A DNA stretch of 63,673 bases from Elusimicrobia bacterium LH_S2 (lineage in GTDB: Bacteria; CG03; SLGR01; JAGXOG01), in assembly GCA_023660015.1 (NCBI GenBank), contig JAGXOG010000001.1, forward strand, positions 1-63,673. The letters run 5' to 3'. The position numbers were made by a program, and so were the translations under genes. A model generated the notes under the pieces. That model was not told the DNA's origin, did no database searches, and saw nothing but the letters and a program-made list of their open reading frames with translations. Shown piece by piece: positions 18,012-27,020 of the stretch. The stretch's first letter is position 1. Every line of letters starts with the position of its first letter.

Positions 18012-18396
18012 GCATTTTAACAGTGAAGTAAAAAAAGGTTTAACAGATATCGGGATGAGCATGAGAGAACTTGCCCGTAAATCCGGTTTGGATATTTCTT
18101 TTCTTTCAAAAATTCTAAGCGGTAAAAGAAACCCTCCCAGCAAGGAAAAAGATATCCGCAACATAGCTTCGGCGCTCGGTATAAAAGAGGAAAAATTAAT
18201 CTTTGCCGCAGGTAGGATACCCCGGAAGCTTATCCCGGCATTTAAAGACCCTGAAATTATCGACCTCCTTTTATCGGGAAATTTCAAAGATAAAATAGCA
18301 AAAAAGAAAAAAAAGAAGAAGAAAACAAAAATTCCAAAAAAAGATAATCAAAAACCTTTATTTTCCGGCAGAGAAATAGACGACACAATACTTTAG
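18004..18396 (+). CDS. XRE-type helix-turn-helix protein with poly-lysine tail
   Basis: The HTH-like segment is MSMRELARKSGLDISFLSKILSGKRNP. A C-terminal KKKKKKKKTKIPKK tail is encoded by an A/G-rich tract. Confidence 0.6.
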   Translation: MSKHFNSEVKKGLTDIGMSMRELARKSGLDISFLSKILSGKRNPPSKEKDIRNIASALGIKEEKLIFAAGRIPRKLIPAFKDPEIIDLLLSGNFKDKIAKKKKKKKKTKIPKKDNQKPLFSGREIDDTIL

Positions 18397-18420
18397 TTTT
18401 TCTTATATTAGTTAATTAAA

Positions 18421-19530
18421 ATGCCCGGCGCACTCTATTTAATGAAATTAAAAGATATAGACGGTATTGCAGAAGCTACCGTTAAAAAAGTCGTTGGTAA
18501 AGTCAGTTCATTCGCCAAACTTAAAAAGTTAAGTGCCGTTAATTTAAGCCGCCGCACCGAAATTAATTTAAAGCAAGCCCAAAAGGTCAAAGATGCAAAT
18601 TTGGCTGATATTGAAAAACAAGAGAAAGAATTAAATCACCTAAAATCTATGGGATATAATATTTACTGCCTTGGAAATGATGATTATCCCGAGCTTTTAA
18701 GCGAAATTTATGATCCGCCGCCGGTTATTTTCAGCGCGGGTAAAATCACTGCCGAAGATTATAATGCCGTAACGGTTGTAGGAACCCGGAGGGCAACAGG
18801 GTATGGTCGGGCAGCTGCAAAAAAGATTTCCGGAGGTCTTGCTGAGTTAGGGATAACCGTAATATCCGGTGCGGCTACCGGTATTGACCGTGAAGCTCAT
18901 CTGGGAGCCATTAACTCAAAAGGTAGAACTATCGGGGTATTGGGTGGCGGGCTTGACAGAAGGTATCCCAGAAGCAATTATAAACTTATGGATGATATTT
19001 CTAAAAGGGGTGCTCTTATCAGTGAGTTTCCGTGCAAAAGTTCGCCCAGACCATATAATTTTCCAAAAAGAAACAGGATAATAAGTGGCCTGTCGCTGGG
19101 GGTAGTTGTAGTTGAGGCTCCGGCCCGAAGCGGTGCTTTAATTACCGCTTACCAGGCAATGGAACAGAACCGGAGTGTTTATGCAGTACCAGGCAGCATA
19201 TTTTCTTCAAAAAGTGCCGGCTGCGCTAAACTTATAAAAGAAGGTGCTATTCCCGTTACATCAGTAGAAGATATTATAGAAGATATTAAACCTCAGATAA
19301 GGCCGGAAGAAATAAAGTCCCGTCGGCTTGACCGTCAGAAAAATTGTCTAAGTAAGGACGCAAAAAAAATAATAAAAGTTTTAAAAAATGAGCCGTTAAA
19401 TGTTGACAAGATACACGCACAAACTAAAATAGGAATAAATATTATCATCAGCGAGCTGACAATATTAGAAATGGCAGGAGAAATAGAAGAAATAGAAGGT
19501 AAGAGATATATAAAAACAGATGAGTTATGA
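18421..19530 (+). CDS. dprA: DNA processing protein DprA (Smf)
   Basis: GTRRATGYGR...SGAATGIDREAH...FPKRNRIISGLSLGVVVVEAPARSGALITA is the canonical DprA Rossmann core. A C-terminal winged-helix-like tail follows. Confidence 0.9.
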   Translation: MPGALYLMKLKDIDGIAEATVKKVVGKVSSFAKLKKLSAVNLSRRTEINLKQAQKVKDANLADIEKQEKELNHLKSMGYNIYCLGNDDYPELLSEIYDPPPVIFSAGKITAEDYNAVTVVGTRRATGYGRAAAKKISGGLAELGITVISGAATGIDREAHLGAINSKGRTIGVLGGGLDRRYPRSNYKLMDDISKRGALISEFPCKSSPRPYNFPKRNRIISGLSLGVVVVEAPARSGALITAYQAMEQNRSVYAVPGSIFSSKSAGCAKLIKEGAIPVTSVEDIIEDIKPQIRPEEIKSRRLDRQKNCLSKDAKKIIKVLKNEPLNVDKIHAQTKIGINIIISELTILEMAGEIEEIEGKRYIKTDEL

Positions 19531-21661
19531 ATTAGTAATAGTAGAATCCCCGACCAAGGCGAGAATAATAAATAAATTTCTGGGGGAAGATTATAAGGTT
19601 GAATCCAGTATGGGGCATGTGCGGGATCTGCCCCCGAAAGAACTGGGAATAGATATTAAAAATGATTTTGAGCCTACCTATCAGTTGTCAAAAGATAAGA
19701 AAAAAGTAGTCAGTAAAATAAAGAAACTTGTAAAGGATTCTTCAAAAATATATATAGCCATGGATGAAGACCGGGAAGGTGAAGCCATAGGGTGGCATAT
19801 ACTCCAAGCTCTGGGGATGAATGACCCGGACAAAAAGGTAGACAGGATAGCATTTCATGAGATTACCGAAGAGGCTATCCGGGAAGCTTTACAGTCCCCC
19901 CGCCGAATATCGATGGATCTGGTTAATGCCCAACAAGCCCGTAGAATTTTGGACCGGATTGTAGGGTATAAAGTTTCTCCGCTGCTTCATAGAAAAATAG
20001 CTAAAAAGCTCTCTGCCGGGCGGGTCCAGTCGGTGGGTCTCATGCTTATAGTAGACAGGGAAAAGGAAGTAAAAAAGTTTAAACCTGTTAAATACTATAC
20101 AATAGAAGGAATGTTCAAAGCCGGGAAAAAAGCCGCCGAAAGCAAAGTAGACGCTAAACTCTGGGGAGAGGCCGGCAAAAAGTATAAAAAACTTGAGATT
20201 AGTTCCGCTGATACAGCAAAGAATATAATAAAAGAATGTAGGAACGATTCCGTTAAAATAAGGGATATAAACAGAAAAAAAAATAATGTTTTCCCGAAAC
20301 CGCCGTTTATAACTTCAACTCTGCAAAGATCCGCATATAACCGGCTGCGGTTTACCCCGGCCAAAACCATGCGCGTTGCCCAGCAGCTTTATGAGGGCAT
20401 AGAGCTTTCAGACGGAACTTCAACGGGGCTTATAACATATATGAGAACGGATTCTTTCCAGATAGCTAAATCTGCTCTTTCTGCTTCCCGGAAATATATA
20501 AAAGAAAAATTTGCCAGTAAATACCTGCCCGCGAAAGCAAATTATTATAAATCCAAAAAGAGCGCCCAGGAAGCTCATGAATCTATCCGTCCGACGAATA
20601 TATTTAAATACCCGGACGAATTAAAAGGTGATATAAATAAAGACCAGCGTAAACTCTACACTTTGATATGGGAAAAGTTTATATCGAGTCAGATGACTCC
20701 CCTTAAAGAAGAAAAGGTGAGGGTGAAAATTGACTGTGGGAAATATGAGTTCCGGGCAAAAGGGAGACAGCTGCTTTTTGACGGATTTACTAAAGTATTA
20801 AAGAGGCACTATAAAGAAAATATTATACCTAAATTAGAAAAAGGGGAGGAGTATAAGTGGGAAGAACTTTTAGATGTAGAACATGAGACAAAGCCTCCTC
20901 CGAGATACACTCAGGCTACGCTGGTAAAAGAACTTGAGAGAAACGGAATCGGCCGGCCGTCAACTTATGCTTCTATTATACGTACTCTCTTTAAGAGAAA
21001 GTATGTAAATTCAAAGAAAGGAACTTTAATTCCTTCTGAAATAGCCGAGATTGTAGTAGATGCGCTAAAAGAACATTTTCCTAATATCATGGATAAGAAA
21101 TTTACGGCTTATATGGAGGATAAACTCGACGAAGTAGCTAAGGGCGAAAAGGACTGGAAAGATATGCTTTCTGAATTTTATAAGAAATTCAAACAGAATT
21201 ATGACCGTGCCGTTAAGAATATGGAAAAATTAACCGTAAAAACAGGAAAGAAATGTCCTGAATGCGGTGAAGAACTGATAATAAAGTGGAGCAAATTCGG
21301 AAAATTTATGGCTTGTTCGGGGTTTCCTGACTGCAAAAAAACTTTTGATATAGATAAAGACAATAATATAATTAAGGAAGAAAAAACAAAATATAAATGT
21401 CCGGAGTGTTCGTCCGATATGGTGATTAAAAATGGAAGATACGGTAAATTTCTGGCTTGTTCGGCGTACCCGAACTGTAAGAAGATTATTACTTTAGATA
21501 AAGACGGCGAGATTGTTAAAATTCCTTTGGGATGGGAAAAATGCCCCCAATGTGGAAAGGATACGCTTATAAAGAAAGGTTACAGGGGGCTTTTTCTGGC
21601 ATGTTCAGGGTATCCTAAATGTAAGTTTACCATGAGTTATGAGGAAGCCGAGAAAAGATAA
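19520..21661 (+). CDS. topA: DNA topoisomerase I with three C-terminal C4 zinc fingers
   Basis: The TOPRIM start is LVIVESPTKA and the region around the active-site Tyr is GLITYMRTDS. Three CPECG/CPECS/CPQCG...AC..(Y/F)P.CK zinc-finger repeats follow. Confidence 0.95.
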   Translation: MSYELVIVESPTKARIINKFLGEDYKVESSMGHVRDLPPKELGIDIKNDFEPTYQLSKDKKKVVSKIKKLVKDSSKIYIAMDEDREGEAIGWHILQALGMNDPDKKVDRIAFHEITEEAIREALQSPRRISMDLVNAQQARRILDRIVGYKVSPLLHRKIAKKLSAGRVQSVGLMLIVDREKEVKKFKPVKYYTIEGMFKAGKKAAESKVDAKLWGEAGKKYKKLEISSADTAKNIIKECRNDSVKIRDINRKKNNVFPKPPFITSTLQRSAYNRLRFTPAKTMRVAQQLYEGIELSDGTSTGLITYMRTDSFQIAKSALSASRKYIKEKFASKYLPAKANYYKSKKSAQEAHESIRPTNIFKYPDELKGDINKDQRKLYTLIWEKFISSQMTPLKEEKVRVKIDCGKYEFRAKGRQLLFDGFTKVLKRHYKENIIPKLEKGEEYKWEELLDVEHETKPPPRYTQATLVKELERNGIGRPSTYASIIRTLFKRKYVNSKKGTLIPSEIAEIVVDALKEHFPNIMDKKFTAYMEDKLDEVAKGEKDWKDMLSEFYKKFKQNYDRAVKNMEKLTVKTGKKCPECGEELIIKWSKFGKFMACSGFPDCKKTFDIDKDNNIIKEEKTKYKCPECSSDMVIKNGRYGKFLACSAYPNCKKIITLDKDGEIVKIPLGWEKCPQCGKDTLIKKGYRGLFLACSGYPKCKFTMSYEEAEKR

Positions 21662-22559
21662 AATTTCAAAAATCTTAAGAGAAGATATATTAAGGTATAT
21701 CCAATATCTTGAAAAAGAAAAGATGTATAGTCCCAATACCGTCAGAGCTTACCGGAACGACCTGGAAGATTTCGCCCGTTATTTAACTGAAAATAACTTT
21801 ACGGATTTTGCGGGCACAGGGCACATAAAAATAAGAGAATACCTTACAAATATTAAAAAAACGCTTTCCCGGTCTACTATGAACCGTAAACTTTCTGCTA
21901 TCAGAGGTATATTCAGGTTTTTGAAAAACGCAGGTGTTATTGAAAAAGACCCCACAAAAAAAGTAACTTCAGGGAAAAGAATAAAAAAATATCCCAATCT
22001 ATTGACCGTTAAAGAAGTTGAAGATATTATAAATTCCATAAAAGGAGAGGATAAACTCACTATAAGAAACCGGGTTTTAATTGAATTTTTGTATTCAACG
22101 GGTTGCCGGGTTTCGGAAGTATCTACTTTAAATATAGATCATGTTGACTTTATAAGTGAAACTGCCGGAGTAATCGGGAAGGGGGGTGTGGAGAGGATAG
22201 TGCCCGTAGGGCGTGGTGCCGTCGTCCGGCTGCATAAATATTTAACAGTCAGGGAAAACACCGGCTGGGGTAAAGATAATAATGCGGTCTTTGTAACGGT
22301 TTCGGGTAAAAGGCTTTCGGCAAGAAACATAAGGCGTATTGTAAAACGTGCAGCGCTGGGGTGTAACGTAAACAAAAATATAGCTCCCCACACTTTCAGG
22401 CATAGCTTTGCCACCCATATGCTCGAAGCCGGCTGCAATTTAAGAACGGTCCAGGAGATGCTGGGTCATAAACGGCTTCAGACGACTGAACGCTATACTC
22501 ATTTATCGAGAAACGCTTTAAAGGAAGCTTACTTACAATTTCATCCAAAAAAGATATAA
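21639..22559 (+). CDS. xerC: Tyrosine recombinase XerC/XerD
   Basis: The SAM-like N-domain carries YSPNTVRAYRNDLEDF. The catalytic residues are ..GCRVSEV.., HTFRHSFATHMLEAG.., LGHKRLQTTERYTH. The dprA-topA-xerC synteny is common for the housekeeping enzyme. Confidence 0.9.
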   Translation: MRKPRKDKISKILREDILRYIQYLEKEKMYSPNTVRAYRNDLEDFARYLTENNFTDFAGTGHIKIREYLTNIKKTLSRSTMNRKLSAIRGIFRFLKNAGVIEKDPTKKVTSGKRIKKYPNLLTVKEVEDIINSIKGEDKLTIRNRVLIEFLYSTGCRVSEVSTLNIDHVDFISETAGVIGKGGVERIVPVGRGAVVRLHKYLTVRENTGWGKDNNAVFVTVSGKRLSARNIRRIVKRAALGCNVNKNIAPHTFRHSFATHMLEAGCNLRTVQEMLGHKRLQTTERYTHLSRNALKEAYLQFHPKKI

Positions 22560-22759
22560 CTAATACTGATATAGATATACTTATAGAAGAAACAGGTTGC
22601 AGTAAAGACGAGGCCAAAGAAGGCATTCTTAAGGCCTCGGGCAATATTGCCCTGGCTATAAAAAACATCTCCGGCGAGGTAAAACCTATAAAGGTTATAA
22701 AAGGAAGATTTAAAGCCGACTGGATAAACATATACGGGCTTATATTTATTATATGCAAT

Positions 22760-23569
22760 ATGCGCAACCAAAGAATTCTGAGGTTTGCTTCGGTCGCAGG
22801 TTGTAACCCAACCATTTATGAAACGGAGCCTTCAAAACAGTGGTTTGATTTTGAAAAAGAGCTTTACTCGCAGAGACTCAAAGACGGCAGTTTAAGGGTT
22901 ATAACTCAGAATATAGAGCATTCGGTCCTCTTGGATATACAGGAAGAAGAGCAGGACGAGTTTTATGAAAGCTGTCGGGCGGATAGTATAGATAGAATAA
23001 AAGAGACCATAAAAAAAAGAATAGTAGGGGTTATAAAGTACGATACAGGTAAGGATTATAAAGTATGGTGCGAGACGGAAACCCAGAGAATAAACCTGCG
23101 GCAGTTCAGGTATTTGACCGATACAGATAAGATTAACGGGGAATTTAAATTGCACATGGATGAAGAGAAGAACTACAGTTCCCTTATAGCTCTTGACATG
23201 ATTCTTGAAAAGTCGGGTAAAAGTCCTGTTGTCAGGGCTGATAATATTGAAGTCGGTTATATGGTAAATACAAGGATAAACGATGAAAGAGATATAGGGC
23301 TATATCTGGCAAATCTTCTGGGGGGCAGGAAGGAGGGGAAAGCCATTCCTCTATCGGCTACAGTAGAAGACATAAAAGATACTCCGGAAGGAATAGACAT
23401 AATAGTTCGTTACGGCCCCGGTATAGTAGGACATACAGTAATATCTTCCAGGGCAAAAGTTGATATTATTCAAAGCCCCACAATCTGGTATAATAATATA
23501 AAATTATATATATTTATTCTATTCTTATTTGTCTTAATATTAATTTTTATTAAACTTATTGTAATTTAA
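22760..23569 (+). CDS. Hypothetical protein with C-terminal TM anchor; true start probably upstream (UBA-like N-terminal segment, see findings)
   Basis: ORF from the track. The C-terminus IKLYIFILFLFVLILIFIKLIVI is a TM helix. The same frame is open back to 22490 and encodes a UBA-like helix bundle. Confidence 0.55.
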   Translation: MRNQRILRFASVAGCNPTIYETEPSKQWFDFEKELYSQRLKDGSLRVITQNIEHSVLLDIQEEEQDEFYESCRADSIDRIKETIKKRIVGVIKYDTGKDYKVWCETETQRINLRQFRYLTDTDKINGEFKLHMDEEKNYSSLIALDMILEKSGKSPVVRADNIEVGYMVNTRINDERDIGLYLANLLGGRKEGKAIPLSATVEDIKDTPEGIDIIVRYGPGIVGHTVISSRAKVDIIQSPTIWYNNIKLYIFILFLFVLILIFIKLIVI

Positions 23570-23573
23570 TACT

Positions 23574-23628
23574 ATGTGTTGTCCCAAAAGTAATGAGTAT
23601 ATGAGAAATAGTTTTGCAAAGAGTCCCC
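23574..23628 (+). repeat. Left-arm fragment of the MITE-like repeat family (type A arm)
   Basis: GTCCCAAAAGTAATGAGTATATGAGAAATAGTTTTGCAAAGAG aligns with the left arms at 40957 and 50981. The sequence then diverges. Confidence 0.6.
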
Positions 23629-23696
23629 TTGTTAAAAAAGAAGTGATACAAATCAGAGGAAAAAGGAGAAGTGTAGAGTATTTAACTAAATGAGAA

Positions 23697-23753
23697 TTAC
23701 ACGATTAGTATTAAAATTACACGATTAATTACACGATTTGTCTCTACACGATT
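23697..23753 (+). repeat. Cluster of four direct (T/C)TACACGATT repeats (iteron-like / protein-binding-site-like)
   Basis: TTACACGATT occurs at 23697, 23717 and 23729, and CTACACGATT at 23744. A degenerate TACATGATT and two AATGTCA(T/C)GA(G/A)AAT repeats lie just downstream. Confidence 0.6.
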
Positions 23754-23871
23754 AGCGAGATTTTTACATAATTAGTACATGATTTTCAATGTCATGAGAA
23801 TACTAAAATGTCACGAAATAAAGAATCACCCAAGAGCGTAAGTTTAAAATTGAATTTATTCAGTAGCACTT

Positions 23872-24103
23872 TGATCTTCCCCGCTAAAAGTGGACATAAC
23901 AAAGAGTAAATGGTAGGATAGTCATAAGCTCAAAAGAGGTGTCCGATGGAAAGAGGGAAGATGAAGCGGTTTAACAAGGGATTTAAGGTCTTAACGGTAA
24001 AAATAGTTACCCAAGGGGGCATAGCGCAACTGAGGTAGCAAATAGATTAGGGATAGACCGCAGATTGGTATATAACTGGATATCGACAATATTATCGCTG
24101 TAA
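23872..24103 (+). pseudogene. IS3-family insertion sequence remnant: left inverted repeat plus frameshifted, truncated orfA (HTH) fragment
   Basis: TGATCTTCCCCGCTAAAAGTGGACA at 23872 resembles IS3-type terminal IRs. The ATG at 23946 encodes MERGKMKRFNKGFKVLTVKIVTQGG and stops at 24036. After a shift at the G5 run (24015-24019) the next frame reads HSATEVANRLGIDRRLVYNWI, a typical IS3 OrfA HTH. No transposase catalytic part follows. Confidence 0.6.
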
Positions 24104-24116
24104 GTAATTTAATTTT

Positions 24117-24277
24117 AGGAATTGTCCCGGATTTGTTGGATATGATAAATGATTTTGTAAAGAGCATATTCTTTGTCTGAAGGTTCTTCTTTTGCCCGTA
24201 GGGCTCACAAAAGCCATGCTTAAAACTCAAAATGCTTTCTTTACATTAGTTTATCCATTTCTTTTGGGCCAATGTCG
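24117..24277 (+). mobile_element. MITE-like repeat, type B, internally deleted copy; flanked by AATTTT on both sides
   Basis: The left arm AGGAATTGTCCCGGATTTGTTGGATATGATAAATGATTTTGTAAAGAGCA and the right end CATTTCTTTTGGGCCAATGTCG match the copies at 30731 and 43071. The central hairpin region is missing. AATTTT lies at 24111-24116 and 24278-24283. Confidence 0.7.
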
Positions 24278-24323
24278 AATTTTAATATAGATTAATAGGA
24301 ATAAAAGGGAAAATAAAAATTAA

Positions 24324-25340
24324 GTGAAAAGATTAAATATTAATAAGAAACAAGTTGTAAAATCCGGAGCTATAATTATAATGGCAGTAATTTTGATAGC
24401 TGTAGTTCTTACCGGGACAATAAATATTCTTATGGGGAAAATAGTTCACAGCAATAAAGAGGTTATAGTCCCGGATATAACCGGTACGACATTAAACAAG
24501 GCGCTCGATATACTGGCAAAAAAAAATCTTTCTCTGGTTAAAGTAGCCCAGCAGTATAATACCCAGATACCTGCCGGCAGTATTATATCCCAGACGCCTG
24601 CTCCGGGATTAACAGTGAGAGAGGGAAGGTCTATAGATACAGTTATATCATCCGGGGGAAAAGTTGTTTTTGTCCCGGATATAGAAGGTAAGTCTCTGCG
24701 GCAGGCAGAGCTCATGCTCAGGCAGGCCGGACTGGTTATTGGTGAACAGTCAAGGACTTATTCAGACAGCGTGCAGAGTGATTTTATTGTTTCTCAAAGT
24801 CCCTCGGCGGGAGAAGTGGCTGAGAAAAATTCATATATAAATATCGTTGTAAGCCGGGGCCCGGCCGAACAGAAGAAAATCAAGAAAATGCCGAATTTAC
24901 TGGGCATAGATATTAAAGCTGCCGGAGAGAAAATCCGGGAACTGGGCCTGAAAATTCAAAAAGTAAAATATGAGATCGCCCCCGAGATAAACGAAGGTAT
25001 AGTTATAGATCAGTCGCCAAAGCAAGGGGAAGTTATAACAAAAAATACTTCCGTAGATTTAAAAGTCTCTCGTAATGAGCAAAGTGAAAAAGAAGTTCGC
25101 GACGAGGTAATTTATTATGAAGTTACCCAAAGCGGCGAGAAAAGAGAAATTGAAGTAAAGGTAAACGACAAGCTGGGGACAAGAACGGTATTTAAAGAAA
25201 AAAAAGAAGGAGGCAGTAAAATTAATATTCCGGTTAAAGTTATGGGGACCGCCACCGCTGAAATCTTTATAGACGGAATTCTTACCGAGACAAAAGAAAT
25301 ATCTCTATCCGGAGATTCTAAAGAGGATAATGAGGAATAA
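24324..25340 (+). CDS. Membrane-anchored protein with three PASTA domains (no kinase or PBP domain)
   Basis: GTG start and one N-terminal TM helix. Three PASTA-like repeats begin VPDITGTTLNKALDIL, VPDIEGKSLRQAELML and MPNLLGIDIKAAGEKI. The C-terminal domain is about 90 aa. Confidence 0.75.
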   Translation: MKRLNINKKQVVKSGAIIIMAVILIAVVLTGTINILMGKIVHSNKEVIVPDITGTTLNKALDILAKKNLSLVKVAQQYNTQIPAGSIISQTPAPGLTVREGRSIDTVISSGGKVVFVPDIEGKSLRQAELMLRQAGLVIGEQSRTYSDSVQSDFIVSQSPSAGEVAEKNSYINIVVSRGPAEQKKIKKMPNLLGIDIKAAGEKIRELGLKIQKVKYEIAPEINEGIVIDQSPKQGEVITKNTSVDLKVSRNEQSEKEVRDEVIYYEVTQSGEKREIEVKVNDKLGTRTVFKEKKEGGSKINIPVKVMGTATAEIFIDGILTETKEISLSGDSKEDNEE

Positions 25341-25986
25341 GAAAATGGAGATCTCGGTTTCCGTTCTTGATATGGATTTCGGCCATCTGGAGGACTCAAT
25401 AAAGCTGTTGGAGACGGCGGATATAGATTCGCTTCATATGGATATTATGGATGGTCGGTTTGTAGACAATATATCTTTCGGTCCCGCAATCGTGCGTACT
25501 ATTGCTCAAATAACTAAGCTTCCCATATACAGTCATCTTATGATATCCCGTCCGGAAAAGTATGTAAAGAATTTTTTTGAGTCCGGCTCCCGAGGGGTTA
25601 CCGTGCATCTGGAAACAATAAACGAAGACAATGAATATATATTAGAAACGGATAATATGGGGCTTTCCCTGAATCCGGATATTGAACTTGCCGGGCTTGA
25701 CCCTTATTTAAATAAAGTCAGTGAGGTTCTTATTATGAGCGTTTATGCTGGTTTCGGAGGCCAAAAATTTATTCAGTCCAGTTTAGACCGTATAAGGGAG
25801 CTTAGAAAAAAAAGAGAGAGATTAGGGCTTAATTACAAGATTTCTGTTGACGGCGGAATTAATCCTGAAATTGTTCCCCTCTGCGTTGAATCCGGCGCAG
25901 ATGAAATTATTGCAGGCTCTTATGTATCAGCTTCCCGCGACCCGGTAAAAGCAGTTTCGGCTTTAAGAGAAGCGGCGCAGGTTTGA
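25330..25986 (+). CDS. rpe: Ribulose-phosphate 3-epimerase
   Basis: SVLDMDFGHL....LHMDIMDGRFVDNISFGP, ..YSHLMIS.. and ..ISVDGGI.. are characteristic. The ATG at 25345, preceded by GAGGA, is the more likely start; the track start is 25330. Confidence 0.85.
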   Translation: MRNKKMEISVSVLDMDFGHLEDSIKLLETADIDSLHMDIMDGRFVDNISFGPAIVRTIAQITKLPIYSHLMISRPEKYVKNFFESGSRGVTVHLETINEDNEYILETDNMGLSLNPDIELAGLDPYLNKVSEVLIMSVYAGFGGQKFIQSSLDRIRELRKKRERLGLNYKISVDGGINPEIVPLCVESGADEIIAGSYVSASRDPVKAVSALREAAQV

Positions 25987-26105
25987 CTTAATACTTTAAA
26001 AGATTAGAATAAATAAGCAAGGTATTATATAAGTAGTTTTGGCTGTTTTTTAAGCGGTCGAATAATTTTATAATAACCTGAAACTTTTCAAATCAGATTT
26101 TCCAA

Positions 26106-27020
26106 ATGATAGAATTAAGAAACATAACAAAAAAATTCGGTGATTTAACAGCTGTTGATAATATAAGTTTTAACGGCCGGGGCGGTACAGTTATTGGCTT
26201 TCTGGGCCCCAACGGGGCGGGTAAATCAACAACTATGCGCATGATAACCGGCTACATGCCTCCTACGGCAGGTGAAATATATATAGACGGCGTAAATGTA
26301 AATACAGACCCTATGGGCTGTAAAAGCCGTATAGGTTATCTTCCGGAAGATAATCCTCTTTACGGGAATATGAACTCCCTTGAATATCTTGAATTTTGCG
26401 GCAGGGTAAGAAATATGGAGCGGGAGCAATTAAAGAAAAGAATAAAAGAAGTCGTTGATATATGTGCAATAAAGACAGTAGCGGTAAAACCGATAAACAT
26501 GCTTTCTAAAGGTTTTCGCCAGAGGGTAGGGCTTGCTCAGGCAATTCTTCACGCCCCCCCCATACTTATTCTTGACGAGCCGACTTCGGGCTTGGACCCT
26601 AACCAGATACAGGAAATAAGAAATCTTATATCAAAATTAAAAGAGAAAAAATTAATAATATTATCTACCCATATAATGCAGGAGGCGCAAGCCAATTGCA
26701 GACGGGTTATTATCATAAATAAGGGGTGTATAGTGGCCGACGGTGGGCAACAGGAGTTAACCGCAGTATCCGAAAATAAAATATATGATTTCCAGTTTGA
26801 CGGCCCGCCGGCCGATATAATAAAAAAACTCCAGGAAGTCGAGGGAGTCGCCGGTGCAGACCGTGACGGGGACTTAATCAGAGTGGAATCTTTACCCGAA
26901 ATTGATCCCAGAAAGGAAATTTTTAATATGGCTGCTGAAAAGAACTGGCCCATAATGATGCTAAACAAGCACAGCAGGAATCTGGAAGAAGTATTTAGAA
27001 GCCTGACTAAAGAAGAATGA
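26106..27020 (+). CDS. ABC transporter ATP-binding protein (ABC-2/GldA-like)
   Basis: Walker A is GPNGAGKST, the signature is LSKGFRQRV and Walker B is ILILDEPTSGLD. Confidence 0.9.
   Translation: MIELRNITKKFGDLTAVDNISFNGRGGTVIGFLGPNGAGKSTTMRMITGYMPPTAGEIYIDGVNVNTDPMGCKSRIGYLPEDNPLYGNMNSLEYLEFCGRVRNMEREQLKKRIKEVVDICAIKTVAVKPINMLSKGFRQRVGLAQAILHAPPILILDEPTSGLDPNQIQEIRNLISKLKEKKLIILSTHIMQEAQANCRRVIIINKGCIVADGGQQELTAVSENKIYDFQFDGPPADIIKKLQEVEGVAGADRDGDLIRVESLPEIDPRKEIFNMAAEKNWPIMMLNKHSRNLEEVFRSLTKEE

Noticed and set aside
18299-18345. An A/G-rich homopolymeric tract (AAAAAGAAAAAAAAGAAGAAGAAAACAAAAA...) was considered as a slippery or phase-variable site.
   Set aside because: It is in frame and simply encodes the poly-Lys tail of the HTH protein. 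No alternative frame gives a longer product. It is noted only as a possible sequencing-error hotspot.
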